Assembly: GCA_031373055.1 (NCBI GenBank)
Contig: JANMMH010000665.1
Location: forward strand, 1 to 41,956
Length of the DNA: 41,956 nucleotides
Direction of reading: 5' to 3'
Origin: Rubrivivax sp.
GTDB lineage: Bacteria > Pseudomonadota > Gammaproteobacteria > Burkholderiales > Burkholderiaceae_C
A program made the translations under genes and the position numbers. This document shows, piece by piece, positions 1 to 9,940 of this stretch. Numbering within the stretch: position 1 is the first letter of the stretch; every line of letters starts with the position of its first letter. Below the pieces are notes generated by a model. The model made no database searches. It was not told the DNA's origin and worked only from the letters and a program-made list of their open reading frames with translations.

Positions 1-1160
1 ACGGCGCTGCTGGCCGAGAAGTCCAGGCCGATGAGGTGGCCCACCAGTTGCGCCGGGGCCTCGCCCTCCGCGATGAACAAAGGCGCCAGGCCCGCGACGA
101 GCTTTTGGCGGGCTTCGGCGGCGGAATCGTCGGGCCCGATCTGGAGCTGGCGCGCCAGCATGTCACGCAGCAAACCATAAGGCTGAACCGCGCTGCGCGG
201 GTGCGCACGCGCCAGCAAGAGCCAGCACGAATTGAGGTTCAGCCTTTGCTGAAACTCGGCCAGCAAGCGACTCTTGCCCAGGCCCGCCTCACCCACCACC
301 GTGAGCGCACGCGCACTGCGCTGCGTGAGCACGGCGTGGAAGGTAGCTTGCAGCTGCTCCAGTTGTGCGCTGCGCCCAACCATCGGCGTCTCAAGCCCTT
401 CAATGCCACGCGTGGGCACACGAAAGGCGCGGGTTTTGGCGCGTTCGACGAGGTAGCTGCGCAAGGGCTGCGCCACACCTTTGACGCTGACGCTCTCTTG
501 CGCCACCACGTCAAAGAGCCCACGCACATGGCGGTAGCTGTCGTGGCTGATGCGCAGCCGCCCCACCGGCGCACTTTGTTCCATGCGCGCGGCGACGTTG
601 ACGGTAGCGCCGCGGATGCTGCCTTCGGCGTCGACACCACCACCTAACAACACGCGACCGGTGTGCACACCGGCACGCACGTTGAAATCGGGCACGCCGT
701 GCATTTGGCGCACGTCGGGTGCTAGCAGCGCAGCTTCTTCGATGATGCCCAGGCCGGCGCGCACGGCGTCTTCAACATCGTCTTCGTTGGCCTCCTCGGT
801 GCCAAAGGCCGCGAGCATGCCGTCGCCGGTGTACTGCAGCACGCGGCCATGGTGGCGCTGCACCACGACCGTGAAGCGCTCGAGCGCGCCGTCCATCACG
901 GCGTGGATCTCCTCCGGGCCCACCGCCTGCCCTAGGGCCGTGGAGCCGACCACGTCGACACAGAGCACGCTGACCTGTTTGAGCTGCTGCGCGGGCGGCG
1001 TGGGCGCCGACGCCGCCGCCACGAGCTCGCGCGCACGCAGGGTGGCGAGTTCGCGCTTGATGGGTGCGAGTGCCGCGTCGACCAAGGCGTCACCCAACAC
1101 ACCGCGCTGCGCCTCCAGCGCCGCGACGGTGGCGGCGAGCTGGTCGGCGGTTTGCTCCAT
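1..1160 (-). CDS. Class III adenylate/guanylate cyclase fused to a P-loop (STAND/AAA-like) NTPase; 3' end lies outside the window
   Basis: Absent from the ORF track because it has no stop in the window. Manual translation from ATG 1160 gives MEQTADQLAAT...VSVLCVDVVGST...LQYTGDGMLAAFG...VRAGVHTG...TVNVAARMEQ (cyclase motifs), then MVGRSAQL...VVGEAGLGKSRLL (Walker A). Confidence 0.9.
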   Translation of the reverse strand, partial: MEQTADQLAATVAALEAQRGVLGDALVDAALAPIKRELATLRARELVAAASAPTPPAQQLKQVSVLCVDVVGSTALGQAVGPEEIHAVMDGALERFTVVVQRHHGRVLQYTGDGMLAAFGTEEANEDDVEDAVRAGLGIIEEAALLAPDVRQMHGVPDFNVRAGVHTGRVLLGGGVDAEGSIRGATVNVAARMEQSAPVGRLRISHDSYRHVRGLFDVVAQESVSVKGVAQPLRSYLVERAKTRAFRVPTRGIEGLETPMVGRSAQLEQLQATFHAVLTQRSARALTVVGEAGLGKSRLLAEFQQRLNLNSCWLLLARAHPRSAVQPYGLLRDMLARQLQIGPDDSAAEARQKLVAGLAPLFIAEGEAPAQLVGHLIGLDFSASSA

Positions 1161-1174
1161 CGCTAACGTATGCC

Positions 1175-2473
1175 TTAGTGGGCGGGCGCGCTCGGCCCCG
1201 CGCCACCGGCCTGGTGCAGCACCCGCTGCGGATACGGAATCACCACGCCCGCTTCGTTCAGCGCGCGCAACACGACCAGGTTCACGTCCGAGCGCACGTT
1301 GCCGTGGCCCATCTCGGGGTCGTTGATCCAGAAGGGAATCTTCAGCTCCAGGCCATCAGGCGCGAACTGCTCAAGATGCACCTGCGGCGGCGGCTCGGCC
1401 AGCACGCGCGGCACGGCGGCAACCGCCTCAAGCAAGCGCGGGAACAAGGCGTCGAGGTCGCTGCCGTAGGCCACCTGCACGCTGGTGGTGTGCAGCACGC
1501 GGCGGTCGGCGAGCGAGAGGTTCTCGACACGCTGGATGATCATCATCTCGTTGGGCACGATGGCCTCGCGGCCGTTGAGCGCGCGGATCACGGTGTAGCG
1601 CGTCTTGATGTCGCTGATGGTGCCTTCGAAGCCGTCGACCTTGACGACATCACCGATGCGCATGCTGCGCTCGGCCAGGATGACAAAGCCGCTGATGTAG
1701 TTGGCCGCGAGCTTTTGCAAACCAAAACCGATGCCCACACCCAGCGCACCGCCTAACACCCCAAGTGCCGTGAGGTCGATGCCCGCGGCCGACAGCGCAA
1801 ACATCAGCCCGAGCAGCAACAACACCGCGCGCAGCGTGTTGGCCGCCATCTTGCGCAGCGACAGGTTGTCGCGCGCACCGTGCAGCAGGCGCGCTTCGAG
1901 CGTGGCGCTGAGCCACAGCGCCAGCACCAACACGGTGATGGCAGCGAGCGCGCCTTCAATGAGGTTACGCACCGAAATGCGTGTGCTGCCGATCTTCCAG
2001 GACACGGTGTCAAGCTCGGCCATCAGCAGCGGCAAGAGGCCGGTGATCCATAGCGCGGCGGCGATCCAGGCCAGCCACGAGACGGTGGTCTGCATCACGC
2101 GCACGGCGGCCGAGGTCGGGAAGGCCTTTTGCAGCACATGCACCAGCAGCCGGATGACGACCAGTGCCCACAGGACCGGCACGGCCAGGCGGAACACCGC
2201 CATGGGCAGCATGTCGGCCAGGGCCCAACGCGCGGCCAGAGCGGCTAACACCGCAAGCACCGGGAAGAGCACCCCGTCGACGATGCGCTGGCCGAACCAG
2301 ATCGAGCTGCGGCGCTCGCGGCCACGGCCAGCGCTGCCACCACGCACCAGCCGCGCCACAAGCCAGGCCAGCGCCAGGCAAGCCAGCAAGACGGCGGCTT
2401 CAATGAGCGCGCTGTGTTGTGAGAGCGCGTGCAACAACTGGCCGAACTCGGCCGCCGTGAGCTGCGGGGTCAA
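1175..2473 (-). CDS. MscS-family small-conductance mechanosensitive channel
   Basis: Multiple TM helices; GALGVGIGFGLQKLAANYISGFVIL and MRIGDVVKVDG..IKTRYTVIR..IVPN signatures. The TTG start at 2473 overlaps the upstream TGA (TTGA coupling), so the longer track ORF from 2851 is over-extended. Confidence 0.92.
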   Translation of the reverse strand: MTPQLTAAEFGQLLHALSQHSALIEAAVLLACLALAWLVARLVRGGSAGRGRERRSSIWFGQRIVDGVLFPVLAVLAALAARWALADMLPMAVFRLAVPVLWALVVIRLLVHVLQKAFPTSAAVRVMQTTVSWLAWIAAALWITGLLPLLMAELDTVSWKIGSTRISVRNLIEGALAAITVLVLALWLSATLEARLLHGARDNLSLRKMAANTLRAVLLLLGLMFALSAAGIDLTALGVLGGALGVGIGFGLQKLAANYISGFVILAERSMRIGDVVKVDGFEGTISDIKTRYTVIRALNGREAIVPNEMMIIQRVENLSLADRRVLHTTSVQVAYGSDLDALFPRLLEAVAAVPRVLAEPPPQVHLEQFAPDGLELKIPFWINDPEMGHGNVRSDVNLVVLRALNEAGVVIPYPQRVLHQAGGAGPSAPAH

Positions 2474-3408
2474 GCCACGCCCGCCAGCACGCGCAGGTGC
2501 GCCGCCACGCTGCGCGCCAGGGCGCTGAGGTTGTAGCCACCTTCCAGGCACGAGACGATGCGGCCCTGCGCATGGCGCGCCGCCAGTGCCATCAACTCCT
2601 TCGTTAGCCAGGCGTAGTCGTCTTCCACCAGGCCCATCTGGCCCAGGTCGTCTTCGCGGTGGGCGTCGAAGCCGGCGGAGATGAACACCATCTGCGGCGC
2701 AAAGGCTTCCAAGCGCGGCAGCCAGTGCTCGGTGACGGCCGCGCGCATGGCCGGGCCGCGGGTGTAGGGCGCCAGCGGCAGGTTGACCATGTTGTCGCCC
2801 TTCGGCGTGGTGCCCGAGTAGGGGTAGAGCGGGTGCTGGAAGAAGCTGCACATCAAGATGCGCTCGTCACCCGCGACGATGTCTTCGGTGCCGTTGCCGT
2901 GGTGCACGTCGAAATCGATGATCGCTACGCGTGTGAGGCCGTGCACGTCGAGCGCGTGGCGCGCGGCCACGACCACGTTGTTGAAGAAGCAAAAGCCCAT
3001 GGCCTGCTCACGTGTGGCGTGGTGGCCGGGCGGGCGTGTCGCGCAGAAGGCGTTTTTTGCGTGGCCTGCGATCACGGCGTCGGTGGCGGCGATGGCCGCA
3101 CCCGCGGCGCGCAACACGGCTTGCTGCGTGCCGGGGCTGGCGATGGTGTCGGGGTCAAGCGCACGTGGCTCGTTGCTCAGCGTCACTTGCTCCAACAAGT
3201 CAAGCGCGTTGCCAACGTAGTAGCCGCTGTGTGCGCGGCCGAGTTGCTCGGCCGTGGCCAGCGGTGCGGCCTGGTAGTCGAGTGCCAGGTCCAGGCCGGT
3301 GGCGCGCAGGTGGTCGGCAATGGCGTCCAACCGCGCCGGGCATTCGGGGTGGCCGCGGCCCATGTCATGCAGGCGGCAATCGGCGTGGCTGTACAGAGCG
3401 GTATTCAT
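2470..3408 (-). CDS. Histone deacetylase family (Zn-dependent amidohydrolase, AcuC/AphA-like)
   Basis: GHPECPARL, RPPGHHA, GFCFFNN, DFDVHHGNGT, SAGFDAH and LEGGY motifs all intact. Confidence 0.95.
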   Translation of the reverse strand: MNTALYSHADCRLHDMGRGHPECPARLDAIADHLRATGLDLALDYQAAPLATAEQLGRAHSGYYVGNALDLLEQVTLSNEPRALDPDTIASPGTQQAVLRAAGAAIAATDAVIAGHAKNAFCATRPPGHHATREQAMGFCFFNNVVVAARHALDVHGLTRVAIIDFDVHHGNGTEDIVAGDERILMCSFFQHPLYPYSGTTPKGDNMVNLPLAPYTRGPAMRAAVTEHWLPRLEAFAPQMVFISAGFDAHREDDLGQMGLVEDDYAWLTKELMALAARHAQGRIVSCLEGGYNLSALARSVAAHLRVLAGVA

Positions 3409-3457
3409 GCCTTAGTTCATCCTTGCGGGCAGTTTCTTTTCGGTTAAGGTGGCACGC

Positions 3458-4384
<927 letters not shown>

Positions 4385-4397
4385 CCGACTAACGCCG

Positions 4398-5396
4398 GTG
4401 GTAAGCGCAGCCGTGCAGGCGACCCACACCACCCGGCGCAGCCTGCGCGAGCACATTCGCCAGTGGTGGCACGCGCGCCTGCCGCTCACCGACACCTTGC
4501 TGCTGACCCAGCGCAACGTCTACATCCTGCCAACCAAGGCGGGTGGTGTCTTCGCCGGCACGCTGCTGGTGATGTTGCTGGCCTCCATCAACTACCAGTT
4601 GAACCTGGGCTATGTGCTGACCTTTTTGCTCGCCGGCAGTGGTGTCATCTCCATGCACCTGACGCACAGTGCGCTGCGTGGCCTGACGCTGCACTTGCGC
4701 CCGGCGCAGGCGGGCTTTGCGGGTGAAGCCGCGCTGCTGGACATCGTCATCACCAACCCCAGCGCCACACGCTATGGCCTGGCCCTGCACTTCCATGACC
4801 GGCGCCTGGGCGGCAGCAGCTTCGCCTGGTGCGACGTCGCGGCCCAGGGCCAGGAGACCGTGCGCGTGAGCATGGTGCCCGCTACACGCGGCTGGCATGC
4901 CGTGCCCACGCTGGTGCTGGAGACTTCGTTCCCGCTGGGCCTCTTTCGCGCGTGGACGATCTGGCGGCCCGCAGGCAAGCTGCTGGCTTATCCCAAGCCC
5001 GAAGTGCCGGCGCCACCATTGCCCACGCCGCAGCCCGTCAGCGGCGAACGGCCGCTGCCACGCGCCAACGCAGGCAGCGAAATGGACGGCGTGCGCCCCT
5101 GGCGGCGCGGCGACAGCATGCGCCAGGTGGCGTGGAAGAAGGTGGCGCGCACGGGCGAGATGGTCAGCCGCGAGACTGCGGCCTCAGGCAGCCGCGAGCT
5201 GTGGCTGGACTGGCAGGCAAGTGCTGGCGCAGGCGGCGCCGATGTCGAAGCCCGGCTGTCGCGCTTGGCGGCATGGGTCGTGGCGGCCGACCGCGCCGGC
5301 CACACCTTTGGTCTGCGCCTGCCCGGTCAAGACACACCGCCGGGCTTTGGTGACGCGCACCGCCGCGCGGCCTTAGAGCGGCTGGGCTTGTGGTGA
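4398..5396 (+). CDS. DUF58 domain membrane protein (MoxR partner)
   Basis: RNVYILPT..G, SINYQLNL, PLGLFRAW, YPKP and GVRPWRRGDSMRQVAWKKVAR motifs; position directly after moxR. GTG start at 4398 is inferred. Confidence 0.9.
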   Translation: MVSAAVQATHTTRRSLREHIRQWWHARLPLTDTLLLTQRNVYILPTKAGGVFAGTLLVMLLASINYQLNLGYVLTFLLAGSGVISMHLTHSALRGLTLHLRPAQAGFAGEAALLDIVITNPSATRYGLALHFHDRRLGGSSFAWCDVAAQGQETVRVSMVPATRGWHAVPTLVLETSFPLGLFRAWTIWRPAGKLLAYPKPEVPAPPLPTPQPVSGERPLPRANAGSEMDGVRPWRRGDSMRQVAWKKVARTGEMVSRETAASGSRELWLDWQASAGAGGADVEARLSRLAAWVVAADRAGHTFGLRLPGQDTPPGFGDAHRRAALERLGLW

Positions 5397-5409
5397 AGCG
5401 CGCAGGCCC

Positions 5410-7428
5410 ATGAAGGCTCTGGCCATTCAACACCTGCCGCGCGACGCGCGCGACACGCTCTTCCACCTTCTCGTGGTCGGCTGGACCATCGCGCCCCACG
5501 CCAGCAACCTGCCGCTCTGGTGCATCGCGCTGGCCAGCCTGGTGCTCTTATGGCGCGCGCGCCTGGCGGTCAACAACGGCGCGCTGCCCAGCCGTTGGGT
5601 GGTGGCCGGCGCGCTGGCACTGGCCTGCGTGCTCACGCTGTGGTCCGAGCGCACGCTCCTGGGCAAGGAAGCCGGCGTCACCATGCTCGTGGTGCTCATC
5701 AGCCTAAAGACGCTGGAGCTGCGCGCAAGGCGCGACGCCATGGTCATGTTCTTCCTCGGTTTCTTTCTTGTGCTGACGCACTTTCTGTACTCGCAGTCGC
5801 TGCTGGTGGCGCTGTCGATGCTGATCTCGGTGTGGGGGCTGCTAACGGCCTTGGTACTGTCACACATGCCTGTGGGCCGCCCGCCCCTGCTGCGCGCCGG
5901 CACCATCGCCGCGCGCGCGGCGTTGCTGGGCGCGCCGATCATGGTCGCCCTCTTTGTTCTCTTCCCGCGCTTCGGCCCACTGTGGGGTATGCCGCAAGAC
6001 GCCGGCGGGCGCACGGGCTTGTCAGGCAGCCTGCGCATGGGCGGCATTGCCGAGCTGGCCAATGACGACTCGGTGGCGCTGCGCGTGCGCTTCACGGGTG
6101 CCGTGCCGCCCCCCGAGCAACGCTACTTTCGCGGCCCGGTGCTCAGCAGCTTCAACGGCCGTGAGTGGTCGCGCCAAGCCATCGCGCCCGAGTTCTCGCG
6201 GCCCGGCATTGCGTACTTGCAGCTCACGGGCATGCCGCTGCGCTACGAGATGACGCTGGAGGCCAGCCGCCTGGCGCTGCTGCCGCTGCTGGAGGTGACG
6301 CCGCAGCGGCTGGGTGCCGCGCCCGAGCTCGAAAACTACATCGCACAACAGCGCCCTGACCTGGAATGGACTACCGACCGCCCCGTCACCGAGCGCATTC
6401 GCTTCGAAGCCTCGGCCTGGCTGCAGCACCGCCACGGTCCACCAGACTTCATGCCTTCATTGGCGCCGTTCTTGCAGCTGCCCGACGGCCACAGCCCGCG
6501 CACACGCGCCTGGGCGCTGGCCTGGCGCAACGCGCCTGAGCGCAGCGGCAGCGACACCACCGCGCTGGTGCGCGACTTGCTCAAGCACATCCGCCAGGAC
6601 AGCTTCAGCTACACGCTGGAGCCCGGCAGCTACGGCGGCGAGGCCATCGACGAGTTCTGGTTGGAACGCAAGCTCGGTTTCTGCGAACACTTCGCCGCCA
6701 GTTTCGTGTTCATCATGCGCAGCTTGCAAATCCCGGCGCGCATCGTCACCGGCTACCAGGGCACCGACCCCGAGCCTGTGGACGGCTATTACATCGTGCG
6801 CCAAAGCCATGCGCACGCCTGGGCCGAGGTCTGGCACCGCGGTACCGGTTGGGTGCGTGTGGACCCGACCACCGCGGTGGCGCCCGATCGCATCCAGGCC
6901 AGCCGCAATCTCGTGCGCCCGCAAGGCCTGATGGCCGTCGCGCTGCAAAACGTCGACCCGCTGATGGCCGCGCAAATGCGTGCGGCCTGGGAGGCGCTGA
7001 ACAACCGCTGGAACCAGTACGTGCTGAACTACTCACGCGGCCAGCAGTTCGACTTGCTGCGTGCGCTGGGGGTGAGCGCGCCGAACTGGCAAGACCTGGC
7101 CTATGTGCTCTTCTTGCTGCTCACCGCAACGGCGCTGCTCGGCGCCGGCTGGGCCTTGTGGGACCGCCACCGCCAAGACCCCTGGCAGCGGCTGCAAAAG
7201 CGCGTTTTGCAGCGGCTGGCCTTGCTGGGCGTGACGGTGCTGCCGCACCACGCGCCGCGTGCCCGAGCCCAAGCCGTACGCGGCCAACTCGGCGCGGCCG
7301 GTGAGGCGCTGGCAGCCACGCTGGACGCCTTGGACCGGGCACGCTATGCCCAGGGACAGGCTAGGGCTGCAGACACCCGATGGTGGCGACAGTTCGGAGT
7401 TGCCGCCGACCAAGTCCACCGAAACTGA
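5410..7428 (+). CDS. DUF3488 + transglutaminase-like domain membrane protein (TgpA-like)
   Basis: N-terminal multi-TM region with LKTLE and FVLFPR; catalytic triad motifs GFCEHFA, HAWAEVW, WVRVDPT. Confidence 0.93.
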   Translation: MKALAIQHLPRDARDTLFHLLVVGWTIAPHASNLPLWCIALASLVLLWRARLAVNNGALPSRWVVAGALALACVLTLWSERTLLGKEAGVTMLVVLISLKTLELRARRDAMVMFFLGFFLVLTHFLYSQSLLVALSMLISVWGLLTALVLSHMPVGRPPLLRAGTIAARAALLGAPIMVALFVLFPRFGPLWGMPQDAGGRTGLSGSLRMGGIAELANDDSVALRVRFTGAVPPPEQRYFRGPVLSSFNGREWSRQAIAPEFSRPGIAYLQLTGMPLRYEMTLEASRLALLPLLEVTPQRLGAAPELENYIAQQRPDLEWTTDRPVTERIRFEASAWLQHRHGPPDFMPSLAPFLQLPDGHSPRTRAWALAWRNAPERSGSDTTALVRDLLKHIRQDSFSYTLEPGSYGGEAIDEFWLERKLGFCEHFAASFVFIMRSLQIPARIVTGYQGTDPEPVDGYYIVRQSHAHAWAEVWHRGTGWVRVDPTTAVAPDRIQASRNLVRPQGLMAVALQNVDPLMAAQMRAAWEALNNRWNQYVLNYSRGQQFDLLRALGVSAPNWQDLAYVLFLLLTATALLGAGWALWDRHRQDPWQRLQKRVLQRLALLGVTVLPHHAPRARAQAVRGQLGAAGEALAATLDALDRARYAQGQARAADTRWWRQFGVAADQVHRN

Positions 7429-7534
7429 CACTGGCAGCGACCCGCGAGCGCACACGGTGAGCTTGGCGGGCTCGGCGGGTCTGCCTGGCCGGCAGGACGT
7501 CCGGCGGCTGCACGAACGCTAGCGATCACCGACT

Positions 7535-7563
7535 TGATCCAGCCAGCGGCGGCAATCCTTAGA
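7535..7563 (+). promoter_or_regulatory. Candidate ECF-sigma promoter upstream of the fasciclin genes
   Basis: TGATCC-N18-TTAGA, one mismatch from the RpoE(ChrR)-type TGATCC-N18-TAAGA consensus, at the start of an AT-rich intergenic stretch. Confidence 0.35.
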
Positions 7564-7665
7564 CTCAATAGGGTGTTTTGTGACCCTAGAGTTCATATAT
7601 TGCACTGTTCAGTCTATATTGCGATCCACAGCGTTTTGCTGTCGCTACAACCCAAGAGAAGCACG

Positions 7666-8085
7666 ATGTTGCGGAGGATTCGCTTGCTGGCCCGCGCTGG
7701 CATCACAACCCTGGTAGCTGCTTGCGGCGGGGCCAAGCTCGACGCTGCGCTGTCGGCGACCGGCCCGCTCACGGTGTTCGCACCGACCGATGCCGCCTTC
7801 GCGGCACTGGTGACCGAGCTGGGCGTCAGCAAGGCGGCCTTGCTGGCCAACACCACCCACTTGACCAAGGTGCTGACGTACCACGTGGTTCCGGCACGCG
7901 TGCTGAAGGCCGTTGTGCCGGTGGGCACGCCGGTGACGACCCTGCAAGGCGAGACGCTGAGCGTCGACGCTACCTTGACTATTACCGACCAGCGCGGCCG
8001 CAAGGCCACCATCACCGGCACCGACGTGCTGGCCAGCAACGGCGTGATTCACGTCATCGACAAGGTCATCCTGCCCAGACCCTGA
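7666..8085 (+). CDS. Fasciclin (FAS1) domain lipoprotein, apparently internally deleted
   Basis: Lipobox-like LVAAC-GG; FAS1 motifs GPLTVFAPTDAAF, LTYHVV and SNGVIHVIDKVILP. The first FAS1 helices are missing. Confidence 0.8.
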   Translation: MLRRIRLLARAGITTLVAACGGAKLDAALSATGPLTVFAPTDAAFAALVTELGVSKAALLANTTHLTKVLTYHVVPARVLKAVVPVGTPVTTLQGETLSVDATLTITDQRGRKATITGTDVLASNGVIHVIDKVILPRP

Positions 8086-8093
8086 ATCTCCGA

Positions 8094-8130
8094 GTTCCCT
8101 GTTCCCTGTCCCGCTGTTCCCCTGTTCCCC
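8094..8130 (+). repeat. Degenerate 7-8 bp pyrimidine-rich tandem repeat (GTTCCCT-like x5)
   Basis: gttccct gttccct gtcccgct gttcccct gttcccc read directly, just before the GAAAGG RBS of the second fasciclin gene. Confidence 0.75.
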
Positions 8131-8148
8131 AACTGAAAGGTAAGACCC

Positions 8149-8601
8149 ATGAAGAAGCTCATCATCGCCACCGTATTGGCCGCCGGCACCCTCGCCGTCC
8201 AGGCCAAGGACATCGTCGACACCGCCGTGGCCGCCGGCCAGTTCAAGACTTTGGCCACGGCGCTCCAGGCCGCTGGCCTGATCGACACGCTGAAAGGCAA
8301 GGGCCCGTTCACAGTGTTCGCGCCGACCGACGAAGCCTTCGCCAAGGTTCCCAAGGCCGACCTGGACGCCCTGCTGAAAGACAAGGCCAAACTCACCGCC
8401 GTGCTGACCTACCACGTGGTGGCCGGCAAGGTCATGGCCAAGGACGTGAAGGCCGGCAAGGTCAAGAGCGTGCAGGGCAGTGAGTTGACGCTGGGCACGA
8501 CCGGCGGCGTGACGGTGGACAACGCCAAGGTAGTCACGGCCGACATCGTGGCCGACAACGGCATCATTCACGTTATCGACAGCGTCGTCATTCCCAAGTA
8601 A
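8149..8601 (+). CDS. Secreted fasciclin (FAS1) domain protein
   Basis: Signal peptide [19 protein letters not shown]; [43 protein letters not shown]; RBS GAAAGG. Confidence 0.96.
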   Translation: MKKLIIATVLAAGTLAVQAKDIVDTAVAAGQFKTLATALQAAGLIDTLKGKGPFTVFAPTDEAFAKVPKADLDALLKDKAKLTAVLTYHVVAGKVMAKDVKAGKVKSVQGSELTLGTTGGVTVDNAKVVTADIVADNGIIHVIDSVVIPK

Positions 8602-8620
8602 TCGCAGCCTCGCTTCCTGG

Positions 8621-8661
8621 GCGGCCCGCTCCTCATGCCGAGGGCGGGCCGCTGTTTCTTT
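8621..8661 (+). terminator. Rho-independent terminator after the fasciclin pair
   Basis: Stem GCGGCCCGC-T-CCTC / GAGG-GCGGGCCGC with a 5-nt loop, followed by TGTTTCTTT. Confidence 0.8.
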
Positions 8662-8721
8662 CAGCCCTATCGGATCCGTGTTTCAGCGCACCGGTGCCGC
8701 GTGCGCCGGGATAATACCGGC

Positions 8722-9792
8722 ATGCACCGAGCCTTCGTCCTAACACTCATCACACTCGCATACCTGATGGCGCCACTGGCAAGCCACGCCGCCGCCAGGC
8801 GCAAGGCCACCGCCACCGGCAGCACCGCCAGCGCGCCCGCGCAAGCGTTCAAGAGCCGCGAAGACGTGCAAGCCTTTGCTGCCGACGTCGCCCAACGCCA
8901 CGGCCTGGAGCCGGCCTGGGTGCAAGCCCAGCTGGCGCAGGCAATCTGGGTCGGCGCCGTGCGCCAACACATCATGCCCCCGCCGGCAGGCACGGCGAAG
9001 AACTGGGCCGCCTACCGCGCCATCTTCGTCGAGCCCAAACGCATTCAGGCGGGCGTGGCTTTCTGGCGCCAGCACGAGGCCTGGCTCCAACGCGCTGAAG
9101 AGCGCTGGGGCGTGCCGCCCGAGATGGTGGTGGCCATCATCGGCGTGGAGACCTTTTACGGCCGCATCGCTGGCAACTTCCGCGTACTTGACGCGTTAGC
9201 CACTCTGGCCTTTGACTTCCCACCCGGGCGGCGCGATCGCAGTGAGTTCTTCAAAGCTGAACTTGAACAACTGCTGGTGTGGAGCGCGCGTGAAGGTATC
9301 AGCGCCAGCAGCGTGCGCGGCAGTTTTGCCGGCGCCATCGGGCTGCCGCAGTTCATGCCCGGCAGCATCAACCGCTGGGCGGTGGACTTCGACGACGACG
9401 GCCACATCGACCTGCGGGGCAACGCTGCCGACGCCATTGGCAGCGTGGCGCACTACCTCGCCGCCTTTGGTTGGCAGAAGGACGCGGCCACGCACTTCGA
9501 CGTGGCGGTGCCCGTCGAGGCCAGTGACCGCGCCTACTTGCTCGGCCCCGACATCGTGCCGAGCTTCAGCCCTGCGCAGTTCAGCGAACGCGGCGCGCTG
9601 CTGCCCGACGCGGCGATGAAGCACGACGGCCTGCTGGCCTTGGTCGAGCTGCAAAACGGCGCCGCGGCGCCGAGCTATGTCGCTGGCACGTCCAACTTTT
9701 ATGCCGTGACGCGCTACAACTGGAGCAGCTACTACGCCCTGGCGGTAATCGAGCTGGCGGCAGCGCTCAAGCGCGGCACACGCACGCCCTGA
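8722..9792 (+). CDS. mltB: Lytic murein transglycosylase B family
   Basis: [10 protein letters not shown] (catalytic Glu), [32 protein letters not shown] (EF-hand) and [15 protein letters not shown] motifs; signal peptide. Confidence 0.93.
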   Translation: MHRAFVLTLITLAYLMAPLASHAAARRKATATGSTASAPAQAFKSREDVQAFAADVAQRHGLEPAWVQAQLAQAIWVGAVRQHIMPPPAGTAKNWAAYRAIFVEPKRIQAGVAFWRQHEAWLQRAEERWGVPPEMVVAIIGVETFYGRIAGNFRVLDALATLAFDFPPGRRDRSEFFKAELEQLLVWSAREGISASSVRGSFAGAIGLPQFMPGSINRWAVDFDDDGHIDLRGNAADAIGSVAHYLAAFGWQKDAATHFDVAVPVEASDRAYLLGPDIVPSFSPAQFSERGALLPDAAMKHDGLLALVELQNGAAAPSYVAGTSNFYAVTRYNWSSYYALAVIELAAALKRGTRTP

Positions 9793-9940
9793 GCGCTTGT
9801 TCGCGAGGCCTGCGCGGACGACACGCCTTGTCACGGGTGTGCCCGCATCGCGTCACGCGGCTGCCACATGGGCGGCCTACCGTCCTGGGCGTTGGCCACG
9901 CGGCGGTTCGTGTGGCCAGCGTCAACCCAGTGAGGACACG

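Noticed and set aside
36-1326. Plus-strand ORFs 36-647 and 550-1326
   Set aside because: Antisense shadows of the minus-strand cyclase, which carries the recognisable motifs.
2474-2851. Apparent N-terminal extension of the MscS ORF
   Set aside because: Overlaps the deacetylase CDS; the TTGA-coupled start at 2473 is more plausible.
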